Source: an uncultured Bacteroidota bacterium
GTDB taxonomy: Bacteria > Bacteroidota > Bacteroidia > Chitinophagales > Chitinophagaceae
NCBI GenBank assembly: GCA_903831935.1
Contig: CAIKZP010000031.1
Location: 10,401-74,400 of the forward strand
Length of the DNA: 64,000 nucleotides
Direction: 5' to 3'
Shown here: piece after piece, positions 17,963 to 27,129 of the stretch
Position numbering within the stretch: the stretch's first letter is position 1
Layout of the letters: every line of letters begins with the position of its first letter
Made by a program: the position numbers and the translations under genes
Notes under the pieces: generated by a model
Databases searched by the model: none
What the model saw: the letters and a program-made list of their open reading frames with translations, nothing else
Told to the model about the DNA's origin: nothing

Positions 17963-19159
17963 ATGATTAAAAAAAACGCACCCATATTTTTATTTATTCT
18001 ATTACTTGCCGGATTATTCTGGAGTAGGGCGCTATTATCTATCGTTCAAGGAATATGGGCACTTTATGCTATTGGGCAATTGTTTCATAGCAAATCATTC
18101 AATTTCAAAGACCCAATTTTTATATGGAGTTTGGCACCATTATGCTGTTGGACCTTAGGTGCTTTTCAACATCCTTTGGCAATGGCCAATTTCGATTATG
18201 CGCTCACACTAGCGGTTTATCCAGCAACAGTGTTGGTAGTAAAAACTATTCCAACACAAATCATTAATAAACAACTGGTATATAGTTGGCTAGCGGCAAC
18301 TGCCATTGGCTTAGTGCTTCCCATTTATTGGTATATCAACCACCAAATTGGCGCACACAATTTATTAGGATCTGGGCAAGCATTACCCACTTTTATGGAC
18401 ACCGATCATGTACGTTTTTCCATTCTCTTATGCAGTAGCGTTTTGTTGTTATTAAGCGCGTCTTTTATTACAAATAAAATGCGCTTTGCACTTGTATTAT
18501 TACTAACTATTTTAATTCTTTTTTTAGCGGTAAGAACTGGATGGGTTTTATTATTTTTTATACTAATTGCATACTGCCTATTAATAGTAGTAGAAAAGAA
18601 AAGTATTAAACCATTTCAAGTAGTAGCATCTATTTTTATAGTGGTATTATTGGCATCTGCTGCTTACTATTTATTTCCAACTGTTCAACAAAAAATCGCC
18701 TACACTATTTACGACTGGCAACAATTTCAGCCAGGAAAATTCAATGCAAATTATTCAGACGGAACTAGAAGGGCAATTAATTATGCCGCAATTAAATCAA
18801 TTGAATCAGGCGAAGGCTCAAATATAGGCTGGTCAAGTATTCCAGCAATACTAAATCAATCATTAGCGCATTATTTTTCTGGCGTAAATACCAATTTTGG
18901 ATGGCCTTTTAACCAATGGCTTTTTTGGTGGATGGGTAGTGGTTGGTGGGGTGCATTATTGTTTAGCGCCTGGCTATTTTATCCAGCAATAGTTGGATTT
19001 AAACAAAAAAATAAAGGGATAATTATTTGGACTATTGCTATTGCCATTAGTTGTTTAGCAGAGGCAACCCTCAACTACCAATACGGTGTTTTTCTACACG
19101 TTTGGCCTTTGGTTATATTATGGCAAAAAGAAACTATTTTAGCACCCGATAATTCTTAA
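17963..19159 (+). CDS. O-antigen ligase/polymerase-like polytopic membrane protein
   Basis: About 10-12 predicted TM helices with a central periplasmic loop. It lies among glycosyltransferases. Family assignment is by topology and context only. Confidence 0.5.
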   Translation: MIKKNAPIFLFILLLAGLFWSRALLSIVQGIWALYAIGQLFHSKSFNFKDPIFIWSLAPLCCWTLGAFQHPLAMANFDYALTLAVYPATVLVVKTIPTQIINKQLVYSWLAATAIGLVLPIYWYINHQIGAHNLLGSGQALPTFMDTDHVRFSILLCSSVLLLLSASFITNKMRFALVLLLTILILFLAVRTGWVLLFFILIAYCLLIVVEKKSIKPFQVVASIFIVVLLASAAYYLFPTVQQKIAYTIYDWQQFQPGKFNANYSDGTRRAINYAAIKSIESGEGSNIGWSSIPAILNQSLAHYFSGVNTNFGWPFNQWLFWWMGSGWWGALLFSAWLFYPAIVGFKQKNKGIIIWTIAIAISCLAEATLNYQYGVFLHVWPLVILWQKETILAPDNS

Positions 19160-20012
19160 AATCAAAAGGTCTTATTCCGGTAATTTTTTCAAAATGATAC
19201 AGCAGTTTGTCTTTGAATGAAAACTTCTTTTGAGTAATGTCAATATTTATTTGCCAGCCTTTTTCTTGAATGCGTTTTTGCATCACCAATGGATGCGTAT
19301 CCTTAAATAATTGGAGTGAATCAAATTCAGAAAAATCCCAGAAATCCATTTCTTTAAATCCTGCTTCAATCACATGGTCTGGGTGCCAAAATTTGCTAAA
19401 ATTTTTGTGCTTTTTTAGCATTTGTTCTGGGCTTTTTACCCAACCATAATGGTATACGAATGCATCAATTTGCTTCGCCGCAATTTTCGCTGCTTTTGCA
19501 CCTACCCTAAACCCTTGTGCATCTTTGTAAGCTTGTATTTTTTTATCGTTTCTAATAATACGCACTTCTTTGTGGTACCATTTTCTACTATCTCCTATAT
19601 AATCATACGTGCCATAAAAATGGAGATAATTAAACAACAATCCTTCTACTTTTTTATCCGCCAAATAGTTATTGCAATCCGCTAAAATTGCTGGATGATA
19701 TTTTTCGTGCACTACTTCATCGCCCTGAATATAAAATGCCCAGTCCGATTCTGGGTCTATTAATTGAAATGCTTTGTTGGTTTCTTCTGCTAATACCGAT
19801 CCACCAGTTCGCAGGTTATTGTTCCAAACAGAGTGATGAATTTTTATTTTTGAATCATTAATCGATTCTATTAGGGCAATGGTTGCGTCTTCGGAATCGC
19901 CAATTAATACAATCATTTCGTTTACCACGGGTAAAATGGAACGAATTGCTTCCACAATTGGATAATCATTCATCACTGCGTTTCGAATAATTGTAAAACC
20001 CGAGATTTTCAT
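19134..20012 (-). CDS. Glycosyltransferase family 2-like protein
   Basis: 'MKISGFTIIRNAVMNDYPIVEAIRSILPVVNEMIVLIGDSEDAT' is typical of a conserved GT2-like family, followed by 'YIQGDEVVHE' (DXD-like). Confidence 0.65.
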   Translation of the reverse strand: MKISGFTIIRNAVMNDYPIVEAIRSILPVVNEMIVLIGDSEDATIALIESINDSKIKIHHSVWNNNLRTGGSVLAEETNKAFQLIDPESDWAFYIQGDEVVHEKYHPAILADCNNYLADKKVEGLLFNYLHFYGTYDYIGDSRKWYHKEVRIIRNDKKIQAYKDAQGFRVGAKAAKIAAKQIDAFVYHYGWVKSPEQMLKKHKNFSKFWHPDHVIEAGFKEMDFWDFSEFDSLQLFKDTHPLVMQKRIQEKGWQINIDITQKKFSFKDKLLYHFEKITGIRPFDFKNYRVLK

Positions 20013-20147
20013 AATACTGCCATTAAAAGTTCAAATAACCGAAATCTTTTGCATCTTACCATTAATTGATTAGAGATGTAAGCTGCAACCGCTTAATTTT
20101 GGGCCGCAGATAAATATCCCTGCAACTGGTATTTTAATTAGCAACTT

Positions 20148-20876
20148 ATGCAAACAACCTGCTGTTTTGATTTTGGCAATACCCGCTTAAAATGTGCGAT
20201 ATTCAAGAATAGGGAACTCGAAAACTTAATTGTTATAGACAATGACCTTCCCGAAACCATTCAAGCGGTCCTTAACCAATACCAACCAAACAAAACTATT
20301 TTAGCTTCTGTTATTAACCACAACCCTGCATCTGAAGCTATTTTAGCAAGTCAAACACAGTTTCACAAACTATCTTATACCAGCAAGATTCCCTTAACCA
20401 CCCCTGTTGGAAAGCCAGAAACGATTGGTGCAGACCGACTAGCTTTGTGTGCAGCAGCGGTAGATTTGTTTCCAAATCAACACAATTTGGTGATTGGACT
20501 AGGCTCTTGCATTACCTATAATTTTGTCAATAAATTTCATGAATTTTTGGGTGGAAGTATCTCTCCGGGGATGCAAATGCGGTTTAAATCTATGCACGAA
20601 TACACGGCATTATTACCCCTAATTGAGGCCGATAATCAGTTCCCATTAATTGGTTTCGACACCAAAACCAACCTTTTAAGTGGGGTTATTTTGGGAATGG
20701 CAAAAGAAATTGATGGAATTATTGAGGCTTATAGCCTGAAATACAGCAACTTTAACGTGCTATTAACCGGGGGTGATATGGGTTTTTTTGTACCACACCT
20801 AAAAAAGAAGATATTTGCCGACTCTTACCTAATTTATAAAGGCCTCTATGCGATCAGTGAGTTTAACAATGTTTAG
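20148..20876 (+). CDS. coaX: Type III pantothenate kinase
   Basis: 'FDFGNTRLKCAIF', 'TIGADRLA' and 'GSCITYNF' are ASKHA/CoaX motifs. Length is 242 aa. Confidence 0.85.
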   Translation: MQTTCCFDFGNTRLKCAIFKNRELENLIVIDNDLPETIQAVLNQYQPNKTILASVINHNPASEAILASQTQFHKLSYTSKIPLTTPVGKPETIGADRLALCAAAVDLFPNQHNLVIGLGSCITYNFVNKFHEFLGGSISPGMQMRFKSMHEYTALLPLIEADNQFPLIGFDTKTNLLSGVILGMAKEIDGIIEAYSLKYSNFNVLLTGGDMGFFVPHLKKKIFADSYLIYKGLYAISEFNNV

Positions 20877-22221
20877 GTTTTTCACGGTATTAGTTTTCGG
20901 ATTTCCGCTACTAACTGCCCAAGCCCAAGAAAATTCACCTTATTCCAGATATGGAATGGGCGACTTTTTTCATGGCCAACATATTATTAGTAGTTCTATG
21001 GGTGGACTAGCTGCAGCATATGCAGATGGAACCTCCAATAACAATGGACAATCCATTAACTTTTCAAATCCAGCAGCCTACTCGAATTTGTTTATGGTTT
21101 CTTTTGATTTCAGCTTAACTGTTGATTCAAGAACCTTAAGAAGCAATGACCCAAGTGGCAAATTTGTATCGAATTATTTTGTTCCTGCCTATTTTGCACT
21201 AGGTATGCCACTTAATAAAAAAAGAGGTATTGGGTTAGCGTTTGGATTAAAACCATTAAGTAGAATTAGTTACTCAGTTACCGAAAATGGTAGAGCTGCA
21301 GGAGATAGTATTGCTAGGTTGTATTCAGGTTCTGGCGGATTAAACCAAGCTTTTATTGGAATGGGAAAAAGATGGAAAGGATTAAGTGTAGGCTTTAATA
21401 CCGGCGTAAACTTTGGAAGAAAAGACATCTCAACTATGGTGGCTTTTGTAAATGACACCATTGCTTACAAACAATCTAAATCAAGTACCGTTACTAATTT
21501 TGGTGGTTTATTTCTTTCAGGAGGAACGCAATATGAATTCCCAATAAAATCAATTACCAATTTGGCCAATAAAACTGTTGTTCACTATTTTGTTCGACTT
21601 GGCGTTTCGGGTAATTTGAGTCAAAGCTTAAATGCCAAACAAAATATTGATCGTGCAACAGTATCATATACTTCAACAGGTGCTGTTACAACCATAGATA
21701 CTGTGTTTTCTCAAAGCAATATCAAAGGTACTATTCAAATGCCTAGTTCTTATGCAGCAGGTATTACCTTTAGAAAAGCCATATTAGCACCAAGAGGTTT
21801 ATTTGATTTATGGAGCGTGGGAGCAGAATATACCGCAACAAAATGGAGCCAATACAGGTTCTACAATCAAACAGACCAAGTGTCTGATAACTGGCAGTTT
21901 AAATTAGGCGCCCAATTTGCACCAGATCCTGTAAGTGGCAATGGCTATTGGGGTAATGTGAATTATAGGGTTGGATTTTTTACTGGACAAGACTATGCAA
22001 CACCAGGTGCTAAAAGTTTAAAAACTACAGGTGGTACAATGGGAATGGGTTTACCTATTAGAAAATGGAGCAGCTATAGCAATCAGTTTACTATTTTAAA
22101 TTTAGGTTTACAATTTGGCAAAAGAGGCACTTCGGTTAATAATATTACAGAAGGATTTTTTAGATTGTCAGTTGGGGTAAGTTTAAGCGATATTTGGTTT
22201 ATTCCACGCAAATATGACTAA
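20869..22221 (+). CDS. Putative outer-membrane beta-barrel (porin-like) protein
   Basis: ATG 20869 gives the signal peptide 'MFRFFTVLVFGFPLLTAQAQ'. The sequence alternates amphipathic strands. The start overlaps the coaX stop by 8 nt. Confidence 0.5.
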   Translation: MFRFFTVLVFGFPLLTAQAQENSPYSRYGMGDFFHGQHIISSSMGGLAAAYADGTSNNNGQSINFSNPAAYSNLFMVSFDFSLTVDSRTLRSNDPSGKFVSNYFVPAYFALGMPLNKKRGIGLAFGLKPLSRISYSVTENGRAAGDSIARLYSGSGGLNQAFIGMGKRWKGLSVGFNTGVNFGRKDISTMVAFVNDTIAYKQSKSSTVTNFGGLFLSGGTQYEFPIKSITNLANKTVVHYFVRLGVSGNLSQSLNAKQNIDRATVSYTSTGAVTTIDTVFSQSNIKGTIQMPSSYAAGITFRKAILAPRGLFDLWSVGAEYTATKWSQYRFYNQTDQVSDNWQFKLGAQFAPDPVSGNGYWGNVNYRVGFFTGQDYATPGAKSLKTTGGTMGMGLPIRKWSSYSNQFTILNLGLQFGKRGTSVNNITEGFFRLSVGVSLSDIWFIPRKYD

Positions 22222-22804
22222 GCACATTACACATATTCAAACACTATTAGCAGCCATTGTTTTTGGCTGCTTTTTTGTGTTAGTAGGTTGTGAGAACGAT
22301 ATAAATGTGGTAAGAGATTTGGGTAAAAAAGTAAAGGGTGTAGACGAGGCCAACCAAGTAGAAAGCTATATGAGTCAGAATGGCAAAACAAGGGCCAAAC
22401 TCTTGGCGCCATTAATGTTGTTAACCCAAAACGACTACGGTAAAAAAATTGAATACCCCAAAACATTACATGTTGATTTTTATAACGATAGTTTAAAAGT
22501 AGAAAGCAAATTATTTGCCCGATACGGTAGTTATAATGAAAGCGAAAACAAAATATTATTAAAGGATAGTGTAATTGTTTTTAATGTAAAAGGCGACACC
22601 CTTATTTGCAAAGAACTCTATTGGGACCAAATTGCCCAACGATTCTACACCGACAAAGAAGTGTTTATTAGTCAGTCGCAACCTGCCCGTCAACGTTTGT
22701 TTGGCATTGGCTTTAGTTCAGATCAAAACTTGTCTGATACACATATACAACATATCCAACCAGGTAGTTTTGTAGTGATTCCAGATAGTAGTACCATTAA
22801 ATAA
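22214..22804 (+). CDS. lptC: LPS export system periplasmic protein LptC
   Basis: N-terminal anchor with lipobox-like 'LVGC', then the OstA-like pattern '..GKTRAKLLAPLML..', 'LLKDSVIVFNVKGDTLICKELYWDQ'. The coaX-OMP-lptC context is conserved. Confidence 0.65.
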   Translation: MTKHITHIQTLLAAIVFGCFFVLVGCENDINVVRDLGKKVKGVDEANQVESYMSQNGKTRAKLLAPLMLLTQNDYGKKIEYPKTLHVDFYNDSLKVESKLFARYGSYNESENKILLKDSVIVFNVKGDTLICKELYWDQIAQRFYTDKEVFISQSQPARQRLFGIGFSSDQNLSDTHIQHIQPGSFVVIPDSSTIK

Positions 22805-22827
22805 AAAAAATATCCTATTTTTCCAAT

Positions 22828-24087
22828 ATGTCTGAAACCTATATGATCCTTTCTATCATTGGCACGCTTGTGATGATTGGCTTTTTTGCAGGCTACGAAA
22901 TTGCATTTGTAAGCGCCAATAGACTAAGCATTGAACTGAAAAAAAAACAGGGCAAAAAAACAGGTTTAATCCTAGCCAATTTCATGGAGCATCCTGCAAA
23001 ATTTATTGGATCTTGTTTAATTGGGTTGAATGTTTTTTTGGTGATTTATGGTTTGTTGTTTGACGAATTACTCAAAACAATTGCTTGGAAACCTTTCGAT
23101 TTAAAAAATGGTGTGCTGCAATTAATTGTAGATACTTTCTTGTCTACTATAGTGGTACTGATTTTTGGCGAATTCATACCCAAAGCCATTTTCAGGGCAA
23201 GAAACGATAGTTTACTTAGCATTTTTGCACCCATCGCACAATTTTTTTATTCCTTATTTCAACCTGTTGCCAACTTTTTTGTAAACATTGCGCAATGGAT
23301 TTTGAAATACATTTTTAATATGCGCATTAGCGATAAAAACAATGCGTTTAACAAAGTAGACTTAGAGCATTTTTTTCAGCAAACCAAAGAACAAGACGAA
23401 GACAATCCTGAACTAAATACCGAACTTTTTGAGAATGCTTTGAGTTTACCAATGGTTAAAATTAGACAGTGCTTGGTTCCAAGAACTGAAATTGAAGGGG
23501 TAGATATTCATACCTCTATCGAAGAATTAAAAGCCCATTTTATTAGTACCCATCTAAGTAAATTGGTGGTGTATGATGAAAATATTGACAATATTTTAGG
23601 CTATGTACACCAATTAGACCTTTTTCAAAAACCAGATTCCGTTAAATCAATTATGCACCCAATGATGGCTGTGCCAGAAAGCATGAGTGCTACCGACCTC
23701 ATTAATAAGTTTTCGAAAGAAAGAAGAAGTATTGCTTGGGTAGTAGACGAATTTGGCGGAACAGCAGGCATTGTAACCATGGAAGACGTATTGGAAGAGA
23801 TCTTTGGAGAAATTCAAGACGAATTTGACGTAGAAGAATTCGAAGAGAAACAACTAACCGAAGATGAATTTCTATTTAGTGGCAGAATGGAACTCGATTA
23901 TTTGAATGAAAAGTACAAAATGGATTTTCCGGTTTCCGATTCAGAAACCTTAAGTGGCTACATCATTAACGAGCACCAAACCATCCCTAAACTAAAGGAA
24001 ACCATTATAATAGGTCATTATAAGTTTGATGTAGTTACTGTAAGTGACACGCGTATTGAAATGGTTAAAATGAAAATTTTAAAATAG
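22828..24087 (+). CDS. CNNM/hemolysin family protein (DUF21-CBS pair-CorC_HlyC; GldE-like)
   Basis: Four N-terminal TM helices (DUF21) with 'GEFIPKAIF', tandem CBS region and C-terminal CorC/HlyC transporter-associated domain. Confidence 0.8.
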   Translation: MSETYMILSIIGTLVMIGFFAGYEIAFVSANRLSIELKKKQGKKTGLILANFMEHPAKFIGSCLIGLNVFLVIYGLLFDELLKTIAWKPFDLKNGVLQLIVDTFLSTIVVLIFGEFIPKAIFRARNDSLLSIFAPIAQFFYSLFQPVANFFVNIAQWILKYIFNMRISDKNNAFNKVDLEHFFQQTKEQDEDNPELNTELFENALSLPMVKIRQCLVPRTEIEGVDIHTSIEELKAHFISTHLSKLVVYDENIDNILGYVHQLDLFQKPDSVKSIMHPMMAVPESMSATDLINKFSKERRSIAWVVDEFGGTAGIVTMEDVLEEIFGEIQDEFDVEEFEEKQLTEDEFLFSGRMELDYLNEKYKMDFPVSDSETLSGYIINEHQTIPKLKETIIIGHYKFDVVTVSDTRIEMVKMKILK

Positions 24088-24157
24088 TTACCAACTGCTT
24101 TGTTCTTTCAACTGAACAAGCACTTAACTTTGCCGCCTTATAACCGTATAACAGCCA

Positions 24158-25012
24158 ATGGCACTATTTAGTAGAAATCCCGATTCAGAAAAAGCAGAGA
24201 TGACCTTTATTGATCATTTAGAAGAACTGCGTTCACATATTATTCGCTCTGTGTTGGCCATTTTAGTTATGGCAACCCTAATTTTTATTTACCGCGATTG
24301 GATCTTTGATTATATTATTTTAGGTCCTGTAAACCCCGATTTTATTAGCTATAGGGCCTTGTGCCAGTTTAGTCATTGGGCTTACATGGGAGAAGCGCTT
24401 TGTATGCCAGCAGTTAAAGTTGAAATGCAAACCACTACTTTCGGCGGGCAATTTTTAGGGGCTATTTCAATTGCATTAGTGGGTGGCGTTATTGCTGCTT
24501 TTCCTTATATTTTTTGGGAATTCTGGCGCTTTGTAAAACCAGCATTAAAAGATGCCGAAACCCAAAACACCAAATTCATTATTTTCTGGGTATCCTTCTT
24601 TTTCTTTTTAGGAGGAGCTTTTGGATTTTTCTTATTAGGTCCTTTTACATTCAATTTCTTAGGGGGCTTTCAATTGGGGACCCATGGTATGTTAGTCACT
24701 AGGCCAACATTTGCTGATTATGTAGACAATTTAACCAATATTATTTTGGGTTGTGGTTTGGCATTTGAACTGCCTGTATTAGCATTCATATTAACCCGCA
24801 TTGGTTTAATCACTCCAATGTACTTGCGCAAAACACGTAAGTATGCTATTATAGTCATTTTAATTCTAGCTGCTTTTATTACACCAAGTCCTGACTGGAT
24901 GAGTCAATTAATTGTATTCATCCCCTTGTTTTTATTATATGAACTAAGCATTTTGGTTTCTGCAAGAGTGTATAAGAAAGAACAAGCTAAAGAAGAAGAA
25001 GAGTGGAGTTAA
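24158..25012 (+). CDS. tatC: Twin-arginine translocase subunit TatC
   Basis: 'MTFIDHLEELRSHIIRS', six TM helices, 'FELPVLAFILTRIGLI' and 'ITPSPD'. Confidence 0.9.
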   Translation: MALFSRNPDSEKAEMTFIDHLEELRSHIIRSVLAILVMATLIFIYRDWIFDYIILGPVNPDFISYRALCQFSHWAYMGEALCMPAVKVEMQTTTFGGQFLGAISIALVGGVIAAFPYIFWEFWRFVKPALKDAETQNTKFIIFWVSFFFFLGGAFGFFLLGPFTFNFLGGFQLGTHGMLVTRPTFADYVDNLTNIILGCGLAFELPVLAFILTRIGLITPMYLRKTRKYAIIVILILAAFITPSPDWMSQLIVFIPLFLLYELSILVSARVYKKEQAKEEEEWS

Positions 25013-25027
25013 TTAAAATAAACTGAT

Positions 25028-25483
25028 ATGTCATTTGTATTCGACAACACTAAGCCTATAGCCATTGGCAGCGACCATGCAGGCTTAGCATATAAAGCAG
25101 CATTAATTAACTGGTTATCCGAAAAAGGATACCAAGTAAAAGATTTTGGTACCTATACCGCAGATTCGGTGGACTATCCCGATTACGCGCATGCGGTATC
25201 AACTGCTGTAGAAAATAAAGAAGTGGCTTATGGCATATTATTGTGCGGATCTGCCAATGGTGTTTCTATGACCGCCAACAAACACGCCAATATTCGCGCA
25301 GGTTTGTGTTGGCAAAATGATGTTGCATTACTTGTTCGTCAACACAACGATGCCAATATCATTTGCATACCAGCCCGCTTTATTTCATTATTCGTTGCCC
25401 AACAAATGATTGAAACCTTTATGACTACTGCTTTTGAAGGAGGTCGTCATGCTACTCGAGTAAATAAAATTGCCTGTGCTTAA
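25028..25483 (+). CDS. rpiB: Ribose-5-phosphate isomerase B
   Basis: 'IAIGSDHAGLAYK', 'GILLCGSANGVSMTANK' and 'NDANIICIPARF'. Confidence 0.9.
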   Translation: MSFVFDNTKPIAIGSDHAGLAYKAALINWLSEKGYQVKDFGTYTADSVDYPDYAHAVSTAVENKEVAYGILLCGSANGVSMTANKHANIRAGLCWQNDVALLVRQHNDANIICIPARFISLFVAQQMIETFMTTAFEGGRHATRVNKIACA

Positions 25484-25502
25484 CCAAAAACAAACTAGGA
25501 TT

Positions 25503-27053
25503 ATGAAAAAACTACTTTGGATCTGTTTACCTTTTATGAGTACTATCGCTTTTGCACAAAAAGCAGAAGATGCTGCAAAATTTGGAGCAGTAATTACCCA
25601 ACAAGGGTTAAAACAAAAACTAACAATTATTGCAAGTGCCGAAATGGAAGGTCGCGAAACAGCGTCTCCCGGACAAAAACGTGCTGCTGCTTATATTGAA
25701 TCGGAATTTAAAAGAATGGGCTTGAAACCAGGTAATGGCGATAGCTACCAACAAGTTTATCCAGTGTATCAAGATGCACTAACCGATAAGAAATTTGCTG
25801 TTAATGGCCGTTCATTTGAATGGGATAAAGACTTTACTTTCAGTTTACAAACCATAGCAAATGGTCATTGGAATTATTCTTCTGTGGTATTTGCAGGTTA
25901 CGGTATTGTTGACTCTGCAAAAGGCATCAACGACTATGCTAACTTAGATGTAAAAGGAAAATTAGTAGTAGTACTAGAAGGAAATGGAACAGCTCCAGCT
26001 GCTGGAATGCCAATGGGCGGAATGCGCGCAATGAATGCCAATCCATCTTCTAGCTTTTCTAAAATGCGTGTTGCAACTGCAAAAGGTGCTACTGGCTTAC
26101 TAGTAGTTTCTGCAGATTTTCCTCGTAAAATGGCTACCCCAACAAAAGGCAATATGTATTTGAAAGCAAATACAGCTGCTGGTTTTGTAATGGCTACAAT
26201 CTCTGCAGATGTTGCATCGGCAATGCTTGGTAGAACCACTAAACAAAGCATGGCTGAATTAAAAGAAATTAGCAAAAGCACTTATAATGCAGAAATCAAT
26301 GTTACTGCTACTAAAACAACCGAGAATTTAGAAAGTAGTAATGTAATAGGTGTTTTACCTGGTACCGATAAAAAAGCTGAGTATTTAATGCTTACTGGTC
26401 ACTACGACCATTTGGGTAAAAAAGGCGATGTAATTTGGTATGGCGCCGATGATGATGGTTCTGGAACAGTAGGTGTAATGCAAATGGCAGAAGCATTTAC
26501 TGCTGCTGCAAAAAAAGGCAAAAGTCCTCGCAGAACAGTTGTTTTTATGACTGTAAGTGGCGAAGAAAAAGGATTATGGGGATCTGATTATTACTCAGAG
26601 CATCCAATTTTTCCTTTAGACAAAACAACTGCCGATTTAAATACCGACATGGTAGGACGTGTAGATACAGAACGTAAAACTGCCGATTCATTAAATTATG
26701 TTTATGTAATAGGACACGATAAATTAAGTACCGAATTACCTATCATTAATGAAGCAGCAAACAAGCAATCTTCTAAATTGGTATTGGACTATAAATACGA
26801 TGATCCTGCAGATAGAAACATGATTTACTACCGCAGCGACCATTATAATTTTGCCAAAAAAGGTGTGCCTATTTTATTCTTTTATGATGGAATGTTGCTT
26901 GCCGACTACCACCAACCAACGGATACTGTTGAAAAAATTAATTTCGATTTAATGCAAAAACGTGTGTTAATGATATTCTATACTGCATGGGATATTGCTA
27001 ACAGAGATGCTATGTTAAAAAGAGATTTAAAATTAAATATGCCAGCTAGATAA
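25503..27053 (+). CDS. M28 family metallopeptidase with PA domain
   Basis: ATG 25503 gives the signal peptide 'MKKLLWICLPFMSTIAFAQ'. Zinc ligand motifs 'TGHYDHLG', 'GADDDGSGT' and 'SGEEKGLWGS'. Confidence 0.85.
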   Translation: MKKLLWICLPFMSTIAFAQKAEDAAKFGAVITQQGLKQKLTIIASAEMEGRETASPGQKRAAAYIESEFKRMGLKPGNGDSYQQVYPVYQDALTDKKFAVNGRSFEWDKDFTFSLQTIANGHWNYSSVVFAGYGIVDSAKGINDYANLDVKGKLVVVLEGNGTAPAAGMPMGGMRAMNANPSSSFSKMRVATAKGATGLLVVSADFPRKMATPTKGNMYLKANTAAGFVMATISADVASAMLGRTTKQSMAELKEISKSTYNAEINVTATKTTENLESSNVIGVLPGTDKKAEYLMLTGHYDHLGKKGDVIWYGADDDGSGTVGVMQMAEAFTAAAKKGKSPRRTVVFMTVSGEEKGLWGSDYYSEHPIFPLDKTTADLNTDMVGRVDTERKTADSLNYVYVIGHDKLSTELPIINEAANKQSSKLVLDYKYDDPADRNMIYYRSDHYNFAKKGVPILFFYDGMLLADYHQPTDTVEKINFDLMQKRVLMIFYTAWDIANRDAMLKRDLKLNMPAR

Positions 27054-27069
27054 TTATTGAAGCATGCAT

Positions 27070-27109
27070 AAAAAAAGTGGCTGTATCAATTGATACAGCC
27101 ACTTTTTTT
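27070..27109. terminator. Bidirectional rho-independent terminator
   Basis: A7-GTGGCTGTATC-AATT-GATACAGCCAC-T7, between convergent genes. Confidence 0.8.
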
Positions 27110-27129
27110 ATGCCATTTAACACACTAAA

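Noticed and set aside
19134-19159. 26-bp 3'-end overlap of convergent genes (the O-antigen-ligase-like gene and the GT2-like gene).
   Set aside because: Short convergent overlaps are common in compact genomes. The last residues of the plus-strand ORF are unconserved-looking and there is no evidence of functional significance.
13102-20012. The glycosyltransferase cluster as a horizontally acquired genomic island or mobile element.
   Set aside because: There is no integrase, transposase, flanking tRNA or direct repeats, and no composition shift visible by eye. Proper GC/k-mer skew analysis could not be run.
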